The notes under the pieces: generated by a model
Databases searched by the model: none
What the model was told of the DNA's origin: nothing
Seen by the model: the letters and a program-made list of their open reading frames with translations, nothing else
Shown here: in pieces, positions 21,151 through 31,041 of the stretch
How positions within the stretch are numbered: position 1 is the stretch's first letter
How the letters are laid out: the number at the start of each line of letters is the position of its first letter
Made by a program: the position numbers and the translations under genes
IMG/VR virus record: IMGVR_UViG_3300032770_000001
Location: 248,001 to 312,000 of that record
Length of the DNA stretch: 64,000 bases
Direction: 5' to 3' (one strand)

Positions 21151-21357
21151 ATGAACGAAATTAAGCCATGTCCGTTCTGCGGCGGTGTCGGGTCAGTGAG
21201 TAACGACTATGACGCCAACTCCAAGCTCCCCGACGATGAGCAATTTTTTGTTCGCTGTTTGAGTTGTGCCTGCGAGGGTCCGTGGGCTCGACTCGCAAGC
21301 AATGCAATTACCCTCTGGAATATGAGACATGAGAACGTTCAAGCTGCTGCGCATTAG
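21151..21357 (+). CDS. Lar-family restriction-alleviation-like zinc ribbon protein
   Basis: IKPCPFCGG...CLSC...GP...AITLWNMR. Confidence 0.75.
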   Translation: MNEIKPCPFCGGVGSVSNDYDANSKLPDDEQFFVRCLSCACEGPWARLASNAITLWNMRHENVQAAAH

Positions 21358-21529
21358 AGACGTGTCGGGAATCAGCGGCACTGGGTATGTTGCGGAAGGT
21401 GTCGTGTTCAGCGATAATCAGGTTGTGCTTCGTTGGTTCAACACCGGAGCCATCACTGTGTTTGAAAATCTGGATGTGCTTGAGCGTATCCATTGCGGCG
21501 GCGGGAATTCCCGCGTGGAGTTCGTGTAA
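21329..21529 (+). CDS. conserved phage hypothetical protein
   Basis: RDVSGISGTGYVAEGVVFSD motif, recalled from phage proteins. Confidence 0.6.
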   Translation: MRTFKLLRIRDVSGISGTGYVAEGVVFSDNQVVLRWFNTGAITVFENLDVLERIHCGGGNSRVEFV

Positions 21530-22364
21530 TGGCAAATTACATCCATGTAGAAGCGAAGGGCGGGGGCACCGAGGACATCGATTTCGGTTTCACGACCGAA
21601 GAAGACCCCATCGATGTAATCAAGAAGTGGCGTGCCGAAGGTGGGATTGACACCGGAACCTCTCAATCAGGCAGGACACTCCAGACGGGGTCATTCATCC
21701 CGTGGCATAGGATTCGCGATATAAAGTTTGAGCGAAATTGGAAGAACACGTATCAGGGGGACGGCTTCTCATGAGGATGATTACTGGCTACATTGTTGCC
21801 GATCCGAGCAAGCTCCCACCGGGCACCTGTCAACGCTGCGGTGGTTGGTCACCGGGCTACGGGCCGTGCCATGATGGTGTCACCGGGATCGAGATGCATC
21901 ACGCAGGCGGCGAAGTCCGTTGCGCGATCTGCGGTCGTTGCGGCGGCACCGGGAAAGAGCTATACTGGAAACGCATTCCACAATGGCGTTGGTACAAACC
22001 ACAGACATGGGGCAAAGGTTGGTACGTGGACAACACAGGCACCGTCCAGAATCCACGATTCGGGCAGGAGTATTATCCATGAAAGAACGCACCTGTTTTT
22101 GTGAACTCATCAACAGCGGTATGGTGGATGGCAGGAATCCTCCCCTAGTATGTCCGGAGCATCCAAGAAATTTCAGCATTCCGCCTGAGGGATACGAGCC
22201 GCCCAAACTCCACAAGTGGCAGTTCTGGTTTAGCAAGCACGCACTGTGTTGGGGCGACCGGAAAAGCGGAACTACCTACCACGAGATCGGATACCTGTGG
22301 GTCTTCGTGATCGTGTGGGGCATCGGACATTTCGTCGTCCTGCCGCTCCTCCCAAAATAAATTG

Positions 22365-22396
22365 TTGACAGTTTTCCGACTTTCTGGTATTAGTAT
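22365..22396 (+). promoter_or_regulatory. sigma70-like promoter of tRNA array 1
   Basis: TTGACA 22365-22370, then TGGTATTAGTAT; nearly the same element precedes array 2. Confidence 0.75.
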
Positions 22397-22418
22397 AGTA
22401 GTAGGAACACAAACTCGA

Positions 22419-22496
22419 ATGGTTCGCATACACGCATTATCGTCGTCCTCAAGTAGCTCCCGTAGCGGGAGCGGCGGCGTTGGTGTGTGCTTGTAA
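22419..22496 (+). CDS. attenuator leader peptide 1 (MVRIHALSSSSSSSRSGSGGVGVCL)
   Basis: 25-codon ORF with ATA, TTA and the run TCG TCG TCC TCA AGT AGC TCC; overlaps alternative hairpins; matches downstream tRNAs. Confidence 0.85.
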   Translation: MVRIHALSSSSSSSRSGSGGVGVCL

Positions 22497-22532
22497 ACAC
22501 TTGAAAACAAGCAAGTAAGAAACACCGATGAA

Positions 22533-22566
22533 GCCGCCTAGAAACTTGGGCGGCATTTGTGTTTTT
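22533..22566 (+). terminator. attenuator terminator of tRNA array 1
   Basis: GCCGCCTAG-AAAC-TTGGGCGGC followed by ATTTGTGTTTTT. Confidence 0.8.
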
Positions 22567-22602
22567 AGGGTAGTTTAATGGTATAGCTGGTATTGATATA
22601 CC

Positions 22603-22965
22603 ATGGAGTGCCAATATCACAGATGCGGTAAGGAACTCATCGGCAGGCAGACGAAGTTCTGCTCTCCGAACTGTAAGAACAAAAACAATGTTCACCTTAG
22701 CCGTAGGCGGATGAAGCGTCGAGCAGTCGATTATCTCGGCGGAAAGTGTGTTGGGTGTGGGTATTCCAGATGTCTGGATGCCTTGGAATTCCACCACAAC
22801 TGTGATGAAAAAGAGACTGAAGTTTCAAAGATGATCGCCAATAACAGACCTTGGGAGGTCATCTTACAAGAATTGAAAAAGTGTGAGCTTAGGTGCGCCA
22901 ATTGCCACGCTGAGTATCATACATTAGGTGAGTTGGGAGAGAGGCTTATCCCGCTCGGTTGCTAA
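22603..22965 (+). CDS. HNH endonuclease (free-standing homing type)
   Basis: GGKCVGCGYSRCLDALEFHH...ELKKCELRCANCHAEYH; stop lies in the tRNA-Ser(GCT) anticodon loop. Confidence 0.85.
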   Translation: MECQYHRCGKELIGRQTKFCSPNCKNKNNVHLSRRRMKRRAVDYLGGKCVGCGYSRCLDALEFHHNCDEKETEVSKMIANNRPWEVILQELKKCELRCANCHAEYHTLGELGERLIPLGC

Positions 22966-23018
22966 CCGAGAGTCCCCCGCGAGGGGGACCGCAAGTTCGA
23001 ATCTTGCACTCACCGCCA
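22927..23018 (+). tRNA. tRNA-Ser(GCT)
   Basis: GGTGAGT/ACTCACC-G-CCA; CTCGG-TTGCTAA-CCGAG; long V arm. Confidence 0.95.
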
Positions 23019-23031
23019 AGTTTTGAAGTTT

Positions 23032-23121
23032 GGTGAGTTGGGAGAGTGGTTTAATCCGCCACGTTGGAAGCGTGGAGCACCCGTAAGGGTGCCGCAAGTT
23101 CGAATCTTGCACTCACCGCCA
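23032..23121 (+). tRNA. tRNA-Ser(GGA)
   Basis: CCACG-TTGGAAG-CGTGG; long V arm; GCCA end. Confidence 0.95.
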
Positions 23122-23135
23122 AATTTTTGAAGTAC

Positions 23136-23232
23136 GGTGGGGTTGGTACATGTGGCTTAGGTCCGCTCGTCTTGAAAACGAGTATACTTCAGAGATGGAG
23201 TATTGCCAGTTCAACTCTGGCTCCCACCGCCA
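23136..23232 (+). tRNA. tRNA-Ser(TGA)
   Basis: CTCGT-CTTGAAA-ACGAG; long V arm; atypical D arm. Confidence 0.9.
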
Positions 23233-23237
23233 AGTTT

Positions 23238-23333
23238 GGAGAGGTTGGTACATGTGGCAAGTCCGCTCGCCTCGAAAGCGAGTCACGGGGTTAATCACCC
23301 CGTGTGCAGGTTCGACTCCTGTCCTCTCCGCCA
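23238..23333 (+). tRNA. tRNA-Ser(CGA)
   Basis: CTCGC-CTCGAAA-GCGAG; long V arm; GCCA end. Confidence 0.92.
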
Positions 23334-23341
23334 TTTTACGT

Positions 23342-23419
23342 GCGCACGTGAAGGGAATTGGCATACCTTTCCCACTTAAAACGGGAAGCTTGTGGGTTCA
23401 ACTCCCACCGTGCGCACCA
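23342..23419 (+). tRNA. tRNA-Leu(TAA), short variable loop
   Basis: GCGCACG/CGTGCGC-A-CCA; loop CTTAAAA. Confidence 0.85.
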
Positions 23420-23424
23420 AGTTT

Positions 23425-23519
23425 GGGGGAGAGCACTGGCTGTGCGGCTGGGCCTTATAAACCCGGAGTAGCTCCTGATTAGAGCAGACGGTGGGGTTCG
23501 AATCCCTACTCCCCTACCA
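23425..23519 (+). tRNA. atypical tRNA-Ile(TAT)
   Basis: GGGGGAG/CTCCCCT-A-CCA; loop CTTATAA; 5-nt D loop; long V arm. Confidence 0.75.
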
Positions 23520-23549
23520 ATTTCTTCCTTCCTGTAGTATCATTCCAGC

Positions 23550-24056
23550 ATGGAACTCACCGACCGCGAATACTATCGAGCGCACATGGCGGAATATGCC
23601 AAAGACACGATGGTTCTGTCTTTCACGAAAACCAATCATCCCAGTTATCAGGCGATTCTTTCAATGGGCTCCCTTGCAGTTCCATTCTTACTTGAAGACG
23701 TGCAGTCACAGCACCCAGATGGATCATGGACGCCGGGAGAGCGGCAGTTCTCTTACTGGGGCGCAACTTCGTTGCTCTGGCAAATCACGGCAAAGTCAAT
23801 TAACACACCGCCTGCTCCAATTCTGCCGGAGAAGGATCGTGGTCGGCTGGCTCCGATTCGCAAGTTGTGGGTGGACTGGGGGATCGCGAATGGCTACCTA
23901 ACGCCGAATGACCCCAAGATTCCTCTTCGTTTCAATCAGGTTCACCGCTTTGTGCCGAAGCGGTTCTTCGGGCTCCGCAATTACATCTGGCGTCTGACCA
24001 CGCTGCCGAACAAGCATCGCATGAAACATTCATGGGACTACTGGAGAGCGATTTAA
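23550..24056 (+). CDS. hypothetical protein
   Basis: 168-aa ORF directly after a TG-TAGTAT element. Confidence 0.65.
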   Translation: MELTDREYYRAHMAEYAKDTMVLSFTKTNHPSYQAILSMGSLAVPFLLEDVQSQHPDGSWTPGERQFSYWGATSLLWQITAKSINTPPAPILPEKDRGRLAPIRKLWVDWGIANGYLTPNDPKIPLRFNQVHRFVPKRFFGLRNYIWRLTTLPNKHRMKHSWDYWRAI

Positions 24057-25186
24057 TGGGTAACTTCAAGCCGTTCAAGATTCTTTTCTCCGGGATGGGT
24101 ATCATTTTTCTTCTCATCCTTGGCTACCTCTTCCTGCACTGGGTCGGCGTACACGTCAGCTTCGTTGAGAGGCCGATTTCCGACAGCGACTTCAAGCAGT
24201 GGGTAATAGTCCTCCTCGTCGTCATCGCCTGCAAGAGCGGCGGCGATTGTAACTGCAACTGCAAGAAGGGCTGATATGGCGCTCCATCTATACGAGACCA
24301 ACGAGGGTTACATCTGCGACCACGGCAAGCCGGGATCGATGATGCTGGCTTCGGTCCCATTCATTGCTCACTGCGAAGAGTGCATCCGCAAGGCATTTGC
24401 TGAAGCTTTAGAGCGGACGTTGCGGGAAAACGGCTTCTCAACCCCTTAACTATAGGGGGTACTTTTCATGATCGCTGCTCTTTTGCTCTACTTTATCTCG
24501 CTGGCAATGCTCGGATTCACCGTGGGCTGTGGTGTTTATGCCTACAAAAAGTCCACCACCTACAACCAGTTCATGAATGAACATCCGATTTTGGGTTGGA
24601 CGGCTACGATCACGACAGCCGGACTGATTCTGTATGGAGAATTCCTGTTCCTTCTCTTGACGGTCGCCACGATCCTCGTTATGCTTGGACTAACCAATCT
24701 CGCAGTTCAGTAATAGGAGATCGAATGCCAGCAGCAACGAAGGATCACCGTAGCAAGAAGAACGCTCAGTCCCACGAGTCGCACCTTCGTCGGAAGCGTG
24801 AACTCAATGCCGCCAATACTACGGCGATTCAGTTCCAGCGCATCTATCGCATCAACTGTCTCAAGCAGCGCAAGGCAGAAGGTCGCCTGACCGAGAAGAA
24901 CGAAAAAGAGATCGTCTCCCTCGGCATCACTACGGAAGTGCATCTCAAGAATGGCATCTGAACTGGCAGTAATGCGGTTGGATCGCCTCCTCGATACTGA
25001 GGAGGGACGGCGGCTCCTGACTGATGCCGTGATGGAAATCATGCGGACACGCGCAACAGTCGATGTCGGGGCGGTTGCGGCGGATTTAGCTCCGATGCTG
25101 GATGCGCAGAAACTATCCTTCCTCGTGGAAGTGTTGCAGGAAGCCGCTCAACGTTCCGGAATCGCCATTACCCTCCCGAATCAAGC

Positions 25187-25501
25187 ATGACCACCGTCGT
25201 CCACGTCCGAAAATGCGATCCGCCTTTCGTCCAATTTACGTCCAATTTCGTCTACATCGGACGAGACTTTGACGGGTTCAAAGATGAGGGTTTTGGAAAT
25301 CCTTTCCATTTGGGTAAAGACGGGAACCGAAAAGAGGTATTAAGCAAATATAGGGCGTATGCCATTCACCGAATGCAGCACGACCCGGAGTTCTGGGCGC
25401 GAGTCAAGAACCTCAAGGACAAGACCCTCGGTTGCTGGTGTAAGCCTTATGATTGTCATGGAGATATTTTAGCGGAGTTGGCCTATGCGCTTTGGGTGTG
25501 A
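25187..25501 (+). CDS. DUF4326 family protein
   Basis: VYIGR...FGNPF...LKDKTLGCWCKPYDCHGDILAELA. Confidence 0.88.
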   Translation: MTTVVHVRKCDPPFVQFTSNFVYIGRDFDGFKDEGFGNPFHLGKDGNRKEVLSKYRAYAIHRMQHDPEFWARVKNLKDKTLGCWCKPYDCHGDILAELAYALWV

Positions 25502-25650
25502 ACCGGGTGATGGAAGCATTCATATTATCCTAGAAAATGGGGAAAAACTCCCCCCTCAGTGGAACGTTCCCGGCGTCTCCGTCATGGAAGAAGTCGCCCC
25601 GATTTGCGGCGGCACGCAATACCGGATGATTAAGCAGGAGGACGAAATCC

Positions 25651-26748
25651 TTGCAACGACGTAATTTTCTTCGCGGTCTACTTCTCGCTCCGCTTGCCGG
25701 ACTCTTCCCCACGTTCACGTGGGCTGAGGTCTGGAGCAAGTTCACTAACTGGGTTCCGGTACGATCACTTTCCAAAACTGAGCAACAATCTGAAATGCTC
25801 GGTAAGCTACTCAAGACCGCTGGAGGTCGGCAATTGCTTGCCGCATCTATCGGACCATCGATCCGCCGTCGTCGCGATTACACCAGTCTTATCCGCAAAG
25901 CGTTTCACACCCAAAATGATCCTGTCATTCGCAATGTGACAGAACAGGATTTGTACGTTGTTGGTGAAGAGGGCGGCGATATTATCCGGGTGAGCAACCC
26001 CAAGATAATCAATTTCCCGACGTTCCGCATCGTAAGCAACCCGATGATCCCGTACAGCGATGTCACCGGCAAGCGGTTCGACCTCGTCGCTCGTTGCCTC
26101 AACCTGTCCAAAGCAGAGATAGGTGCTTGCGAAGAGGGGTACATGTTCGCCTTAATGAACGCTGCCGCCGAGGGAGCAAACGCCGGGGGTGCGGGGAATC
26201 CCGATCTCCAGTATGAAGAGAGTCTCGAATTCCTCGAACCGATGAAAGCGCAATTCGCCAAACAGGGCGTCAAAGAGATCAACTTTGCGTTTGTCCATCC
26301 TCGCGATTTCGTCACCTTACTCAAGAACCAGACGTTTATGAATCACTTTGACCGGGAGACCAAACGTAGTTTCCTCAAAGCTGGCGTGATGGGTTACTAC
26401 CAGTTGGCAGATAAAGGCGCAGTCACTTTCATTCAGAACCGTAAGGTCACATACGGATACATCTACATCACAGGCAACACTCCGGCGACCGAAACAGAAC
26501 CAGCCGTTCACACTGGTTATGTCGTCGATCACGTTCCTCTGACCGTGCAATCGACAGATCGTCTTGATCTTGAACAGATCGGTTTCACGATCAGCGAAAA
26601 GGTCGGTTTCGCTTTGAATCCCATCGCCGTTCAACGTGTGAAGATTGCAACAGACAAACCTGTTGTTGAGCCCGTGGATGAAGGTGATGATTTAGACAAG
26701 ATTATCGACAAAACGGGCATCTACCCGTGGGCTGAAGTCAAAGCTTAA
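25651..26748 (+). CDS. major-capsid-protein-like paralogue with twin-arginine signal
   Basis: AGGAGG RBS; MQRRNFLRGLLLAPLAG...TWA; body (GRQLLAASI..RRRRDYTSLIRKAF, YVVGEEG, FRIVSNP, RFDLVAR) resembles large-phage HK97-fold capsid proteins, from recall. Confidence 0.65.
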   Translation: MQRRNFLRGLLLAPLAGLFPTFTWAEVWSKFTNWVPVRSLSKTEQQSEMLGKLLKTAGGRQLLAASIGPSIRRRRDYTSLIRKAFHTQNDPVIRNVTEQDLYVVGEEGGDIIRVSNPKIINFPTFRIVSNPMIPYSDVTGKRFDLVARCLNLSKAEIGACEEGYMFALMNAAAEGANAGGAGNPDLQYEESLEFLEPMKAQFAKQGVKEINFAFVHPRDFVTLLKNQTFMNHFDRETKRSFLKAGVMGYYQLADKGAVTFIQNRKVTYGYIYITGNTPATETEPAVHTGYVVDHVPLTVQSTDRLDLEQIGFTISEKVGFALNPIAVQRVKIATDKPVVEPVDEGDDLDKIIDKTGIYPWAEVKA

Positions 26749-26766
26749 CGGCTACCTGTATCTCTG

Positions 26767-26979
26767 ATGAGGGGGTACAGGACCGTGTCAATCATTCGTA
26801 TCGACAATCCAAAAATCTTCATCGGGCTCAGTCCCGATGAAGCCTCTAGCCAGATCAAATCGTGCGAGTACGACGTTCGCATAATCAACAAACTGGTGCC
26901 CTATAAGCCGGACTACGATCCGCTGCGTATCTGCCTCATTGTGGAGAAAGATAAGGTGATCGATGCTTTTGTCGGCTAA
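26767..26979 (+). CDS. peptidase inhibitor I78/potato-inhibitor-I-like small protein
   Basis: FIGLSPDEA...VRII...DYDPLRICLIVEKDKVIDAFVG. Confidence 0.55.
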   Translation: MRGYRTVSIIRIDNPKIFIGLSPDEASSQIKSCEYDVRIINKLVPYKPDYDPLRICLIVEKDKVIDAFVG

Positions 26980-27006
26980 ACTGTTGATTTTTAAGCCATA
27001 AAATCC

Positions 27007-27036
27007 TAACCAAAATCGTCTCCAAGCTGGTAGGAT
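27007..27036 (+). promoter_or_regulatory. phage promoter (probably leaderless)
   Basis: TAACCA-N18-TAGGAT with CTGG extension. Confidence 0.65.
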
Positions 27037-27698
27037 ATGGGCATGAATGCTTATGTTCTCACCCAGATGGAGATGACGGGCGATGGTGAACAAGCTCACG
27101 TCGTCACGCGCAACCGCAGCGTTACGTTTGATGTCGAGAAGGCTCAGGCATGGGCGAATCAAGGTGTCGATTTCGATTACGAAACCTTCGACATCACCAC
27201 CGAGTCTATCGTCGCCGACGCGACCGGGCAACTCTCTCAAGCCATCGGTGAGGTCAAACAGCAAGCCATCGACTTGGGACAGGCATTCGATGAGGTAAAT
27301 CGTTTGATCCGGGAGTTGAAATGAGAACTGCGTGGGCAATCCTCTTCACCTTCGGAATTTTCCTCGCCGTCGCTGCCGTCCTGTTCATGATGGGCTTCGG
27401 CGCTTCCCGGTTGCCGGGCCCAGTCGGTGACCCCTTCTATTTCCGGCGTCGTAAAGCCGGGAATATTCTCTTCGGCATCGGCCTCATCTGCATCACGATC
27501 TCAGCGGCAATCATTTCTTTCGGGGTGCCGCGATGAGTTTCGCACGCCAAAAACTTCTTGAAGTCAAGAAAGAGTTCGGCGAACTCGTGAAGGTACTTCA
27601 CGACGATTGCGTATGCGTGCGTCCAGAATGCGGATGCGAAACATCTCGTCCGATTAACCGTATCCATGATCTGATCCAAGAACTTGAGGGAGAAATCC

Positions 27699-28442
27699 AT
27701 GAGTAAACGCAAAGGAAACGTCCACCCGATTCTCGATCAGTTCGGTGAGAAACTTTCGCCGTTCTCATTCGACCGCCTGTACGGTGAGGAGAAGTATCGC
27801 CTCCAGAACATGGTGCTCAACATGGCGGATTTCCCGGCTGAGTACGAAGAGGGTGTCGATCAGGTGTTCTCGATCTATGCCGACCGTGCGCACACACAAT
27901 GGTGGGCTGCCGCAAGTCTGGTGGAAAGTACGTCATCCGGCGATGCGTGGTTTAACGGCGTCTCGCATGACGACTTCCTGAAATTCGCAGGCAAGCTGTT
28001 CGGCGCTCTGAACAACCACCGCAAGTGCACCGGGGACGCTCTCACCTACAAAGCGTACCAGTACGCAAACGAATACGAACTCCGCTACAAGGAACTCTAC
28101 GGCTCCATCGCCCTATCGGGTATGTGGCGTGGGCGCGAGGACGAGTTTGAAGGTGATGAGTACCGCCGTTTCCTCGACCTGAGCATTGCGACTGACAAGT
28201 GGGCACAGAAGCAGGCGATGGAGGAAGTCGTACCATTGCCCATCACCGGGGCACTGATGATCCGCATGACCAACGTATCGAGCGGCTATCCCTGCCCGGT
28301 GCTCATCGGCGTGATCCAGAAATCGAAGCTGCCGCGATACAATGGCGGCGGGCCGCTGATCGAATACCCGAAGATGCGCTACGGTATGGACATCTACGGT
28401 GGGCATCTGGACGAGTTAGAAGGTTTCTACCGGAGGGGTTAA
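27699..28442 (+). CDS. hypothetical protein
   Basis: GAGGGAG RBS; 247-aa ORF. Confidence 0.7.
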   Translation: MSKRKGNVHPILDQFGEKLSPFSFDRLYGEEKYRLQNMVLNMADFPAEYEEGVDQVFSIYADRAHTQWWAAASLVESTSSGDAWFNGVSHDDFLKFAGKLFGALNNHRKCTGDALTYKAYQYANEYELRYKELYGSIALSGMWRGREDEFEGDEYRRFLDLSIATDKWAQKQAMEEVVPLPITGALMIRMTNVSSGYPCPVLIGVIQKSKLPRYNGGGPLIEYPKMRYGMDIYGGHLDELEGFYRRG

Positions 28443-29925
28443 ATTGTTCCGATTCTTCGCTCTTTCGCTGATCTATCTGATTTTGATTTTCATCGCCCTC
28501 CCCCTGTGGTTGGAGGCGTTGCTGACACACAACCATCAGGAGTTGTGGTGGGCGAGTGTCGTAATCATCGCCGGACTTTTATCGTTGCCGTTCGAGTGGC
28601 AGCGTGCGAAAAAGGTCGGAATTATTGGCTGGCGTCCTCGGTAGGGATGGTATAATCTGGCTGGAGGAAACGTATGGAGATAGCCGAAGCATACCGCGAC
28701 ACCCGCGAGTTGACGCCGGAACTTCTGCTTGAACTCACGCAGTCGTATGAGTACCATGAAACCGACATGCACACCGGGTATCACACCGATTTGTGCGTAA
28801 CCGAACGGGATATCGAGGTCATGGCTGAGTCGATGAAGAGCATCCTGTTCTTCGTGACGCCTGCATGTATGAGAGCGGCGATGGAACTGGCGCGGGATCG
28901 AGGTAAGCTGATCGGCAGCCGCCGTTGGCTTAAGGAATAACATGGCAAACATCAGCGAGGTCGGTCGCGACATCGGCTCCATGCTGTTCGGTCTGGGTGT
29001 GGCGATGGCCGTTGGCACCATAGCGGGGCTGCTTTTCTATCGGGCATACCCGGCGTTCGGGTCTGGCAATGCGGTAGGAATCGGTTTTGTGCTCGGCGGC
29101 GGTGCGGGGCTGGCTCTCGGTTCCCTGACATGGATGTTCATTCAATGGTCGAACAAGGAATAGCGATGGCTCAGATGCGAGTAGCGAGGAACGGCTGGAT
29201 CGACGATCAGGGGCGCGTTCTTGCTCTGTTCGGCAATCCGGATGCCTCCCAGTTTCTTTTCGACCTTCTAACCGACGAACAGGCACAAAAGTTTCTGGAG
29301 TTCATGAAAGAAAACGCCTTCGTCCGGCAACAGGTTTGCTCTGAATGCCAGACCGAACTGTTCGCCGGAAACAACATCTGCCCCAAGTGTGGGCTCGACA
29401 ACGAGGACAAGTAATGGCGATGGAAGGCTGGAACTGGATACACGGCTCCCCAAAGTGGCACTATTTCTTGGAAGATGGTCGAGCGATTTGTCGTAAGTGG
29501 ATGACGTTTGGTGATAACTCCGACGCTCAGCAGGGCAACGATACCAGCCCGGACAATTGCAAAGCGTGCCGGAAGGCTCTGGAGAAGAGGGCGGCAAAGG
29601 CGGCGAAATGAAGCAGACGCAAATTCAGGAAATGTCGCGGATGCGAAAAGCAGTCGAACTTGCCGAGCAGAACTTGGCTCGGAAGCGCACGTCTCTCATT
29701 ATCCTGCGGAACAAATGCGATCACCGCTTCTCCAATCGCCGGAGCGCAATGAAAGTCATGTCCACGCACAACGACCGCACTTGCGGGGGCTGGAAAGAGT
29801 GTGCTGTCTGTGCCGGAGAACTACCGGAGACCTTCGTCGAGGTCTGTCGCATCTGTCAACATCATGGCGAAGAATTCAGGGAACAACCGCCGCTGGCAAA
29901 ACCAATCAGGCTGTAAGGGGGATTT

Positions 29926-30870
29926 ATGGGAACAAGGGCGAAAATCGCGGCAACCGCGAAGCTGGCGAAAAAGGGCAATACTCTGGTCTATGAGAACCGG
30001 AAGCAAGACCCGATTCGTTGGGATATTTCTACGCCGGAACTTCGGGCGAAAGGTTTTCTCGAACTGTTCGAGTTCCTCAAGCGAACATGGAAGGTTTATA
30101 CCTGCGGCTTCTGGGGAACGTCCGACCGCGAGAAGATCGTGCAGAAAGATTTGTATCAGCAGGCGTGCGCAGGAGACGCCAAAGCAGCCGAGAAGTTGCT
30201 GACCATGCGCATCGACTATGAGTACGAAAACTGGTACATCCTCGACGCTCCGGCTGCCGCCAAGGGTGAACCCAAGAAGGTGCTGGCACGCCGTTCAAAC
30301 CCGGTCTACGTAAAAGACATTCGCCGTCAGGATTCCTCCGGACGCTACTCGTTCGAGTTGAGCAATGGGGAAGAGATCGAGATGATGTATGTCCCGGTCA
30401 ACACGACCCGTCAGAATTGGGAGAACGGTTGGCTGATCCATCACTTCCTGATCGACAGTTTCTACGAGAAGCTTGGTCGTGACAAGGACAACGAGAAACT
30501 GGTTGAGGAACTCCTGTCGCACATGAACTACATGCGCATGACCCTCTACTACACTCTGCATCCGGAGCAGATGCCTCTCGGCAAGTCGCTTCCGATCTGG
30601 CAGAACCGTTCCATCTCGGCGGCTGAGGGACTGATCGAGCGTCATGGCGGCAACCCGGTCGAGAAGTTGAAGGACAAAAAGGTTCGCCCGACCGATCTCC
30701 AGAAGGCGCAGAACGCCGTCAGCGGCTTAATTCTCCAATTGGAGAGCCTGATTGGTTGCGTAAAGCGCATCAAGCAGGGCAAGTATGATCTGGACACCTT
30801 CCACGATCACGATCTGAGCCGTTACGAGGAGAAGATCGAGGAAATCAAGAAGGGCATGATCGAGGACTAA
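29926..30870 (+). CDS. hypothetical protein
   Basis: 314-aa ORF with GGGGGA upstream. Confidence 0.72.
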   Translation: MGTRAKIAATAKLAKKGNTLVYENRKQDPIRWDISTPELRAKGFLELFEFLKRTWKVYTCGFWGTSDREKIVQKDLYQQACAGDAKAAEKLLTMRIDYEYENWYILDAPAAAKGEPKKVLARRSNPVYVKDIRRQDSSGRYSFELSNGEEIEMMYVPVNTTRQNWENGWLIHHFLIDSFYEKLGRDKDNEKLVEELLSHMNYMRMTLYYTLHPEQMPLGKSLPIWQNRSISAAEGLIERHGGNPVEKLKDKKVRPTDLQKAQNAVSGLILQLESLIGCVKRIKQGKYDLDTFHDHDLSRYEEKIEEIKKGMIED

Positions 30871-31041
30871 TGCCGGACCGGAAGTACGAGCCTCGCGATT
30901 TCGTGATTGTCCGTGTCTCCAAGAAGCGGTGGAGAATTGCAGTCCTCCGGCTATCCGGGGAGAAGCTGCAAGCGGACTACATCACCGGGAAGTTCAAGTC
31001 GCAGGCCCGTGCTGCCGAAGCACTGAAAACGTGGAACAACA

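Noticed and set aside
22567-22590. GGGTAGTTTAATGGTATAG looks like a tRNA D-arm fragment
   Set aside because: No anticodon or T arm follows; it is too short to call and could be promoter sequence.
23136-23232. Possible selenocysteine or opal suppressor tRNA
   Set aside because: The anticodon is TGA (reads TCA, Ser), not TCA, and the fold is 7/5.
23064-23482. ORF-track entries across the tRNA clusters (also 35883-36185, 36496-36723 and 37642-37932)
   Set aside because: They overlap tRNA genes extensively and lack coding signals.
23425-23519. Reading the anticodon as TTA (ochre suppressor)
   Set aside because: The symmetric loop CTTATAA centres on TAT, and leader 1 contains ATA.
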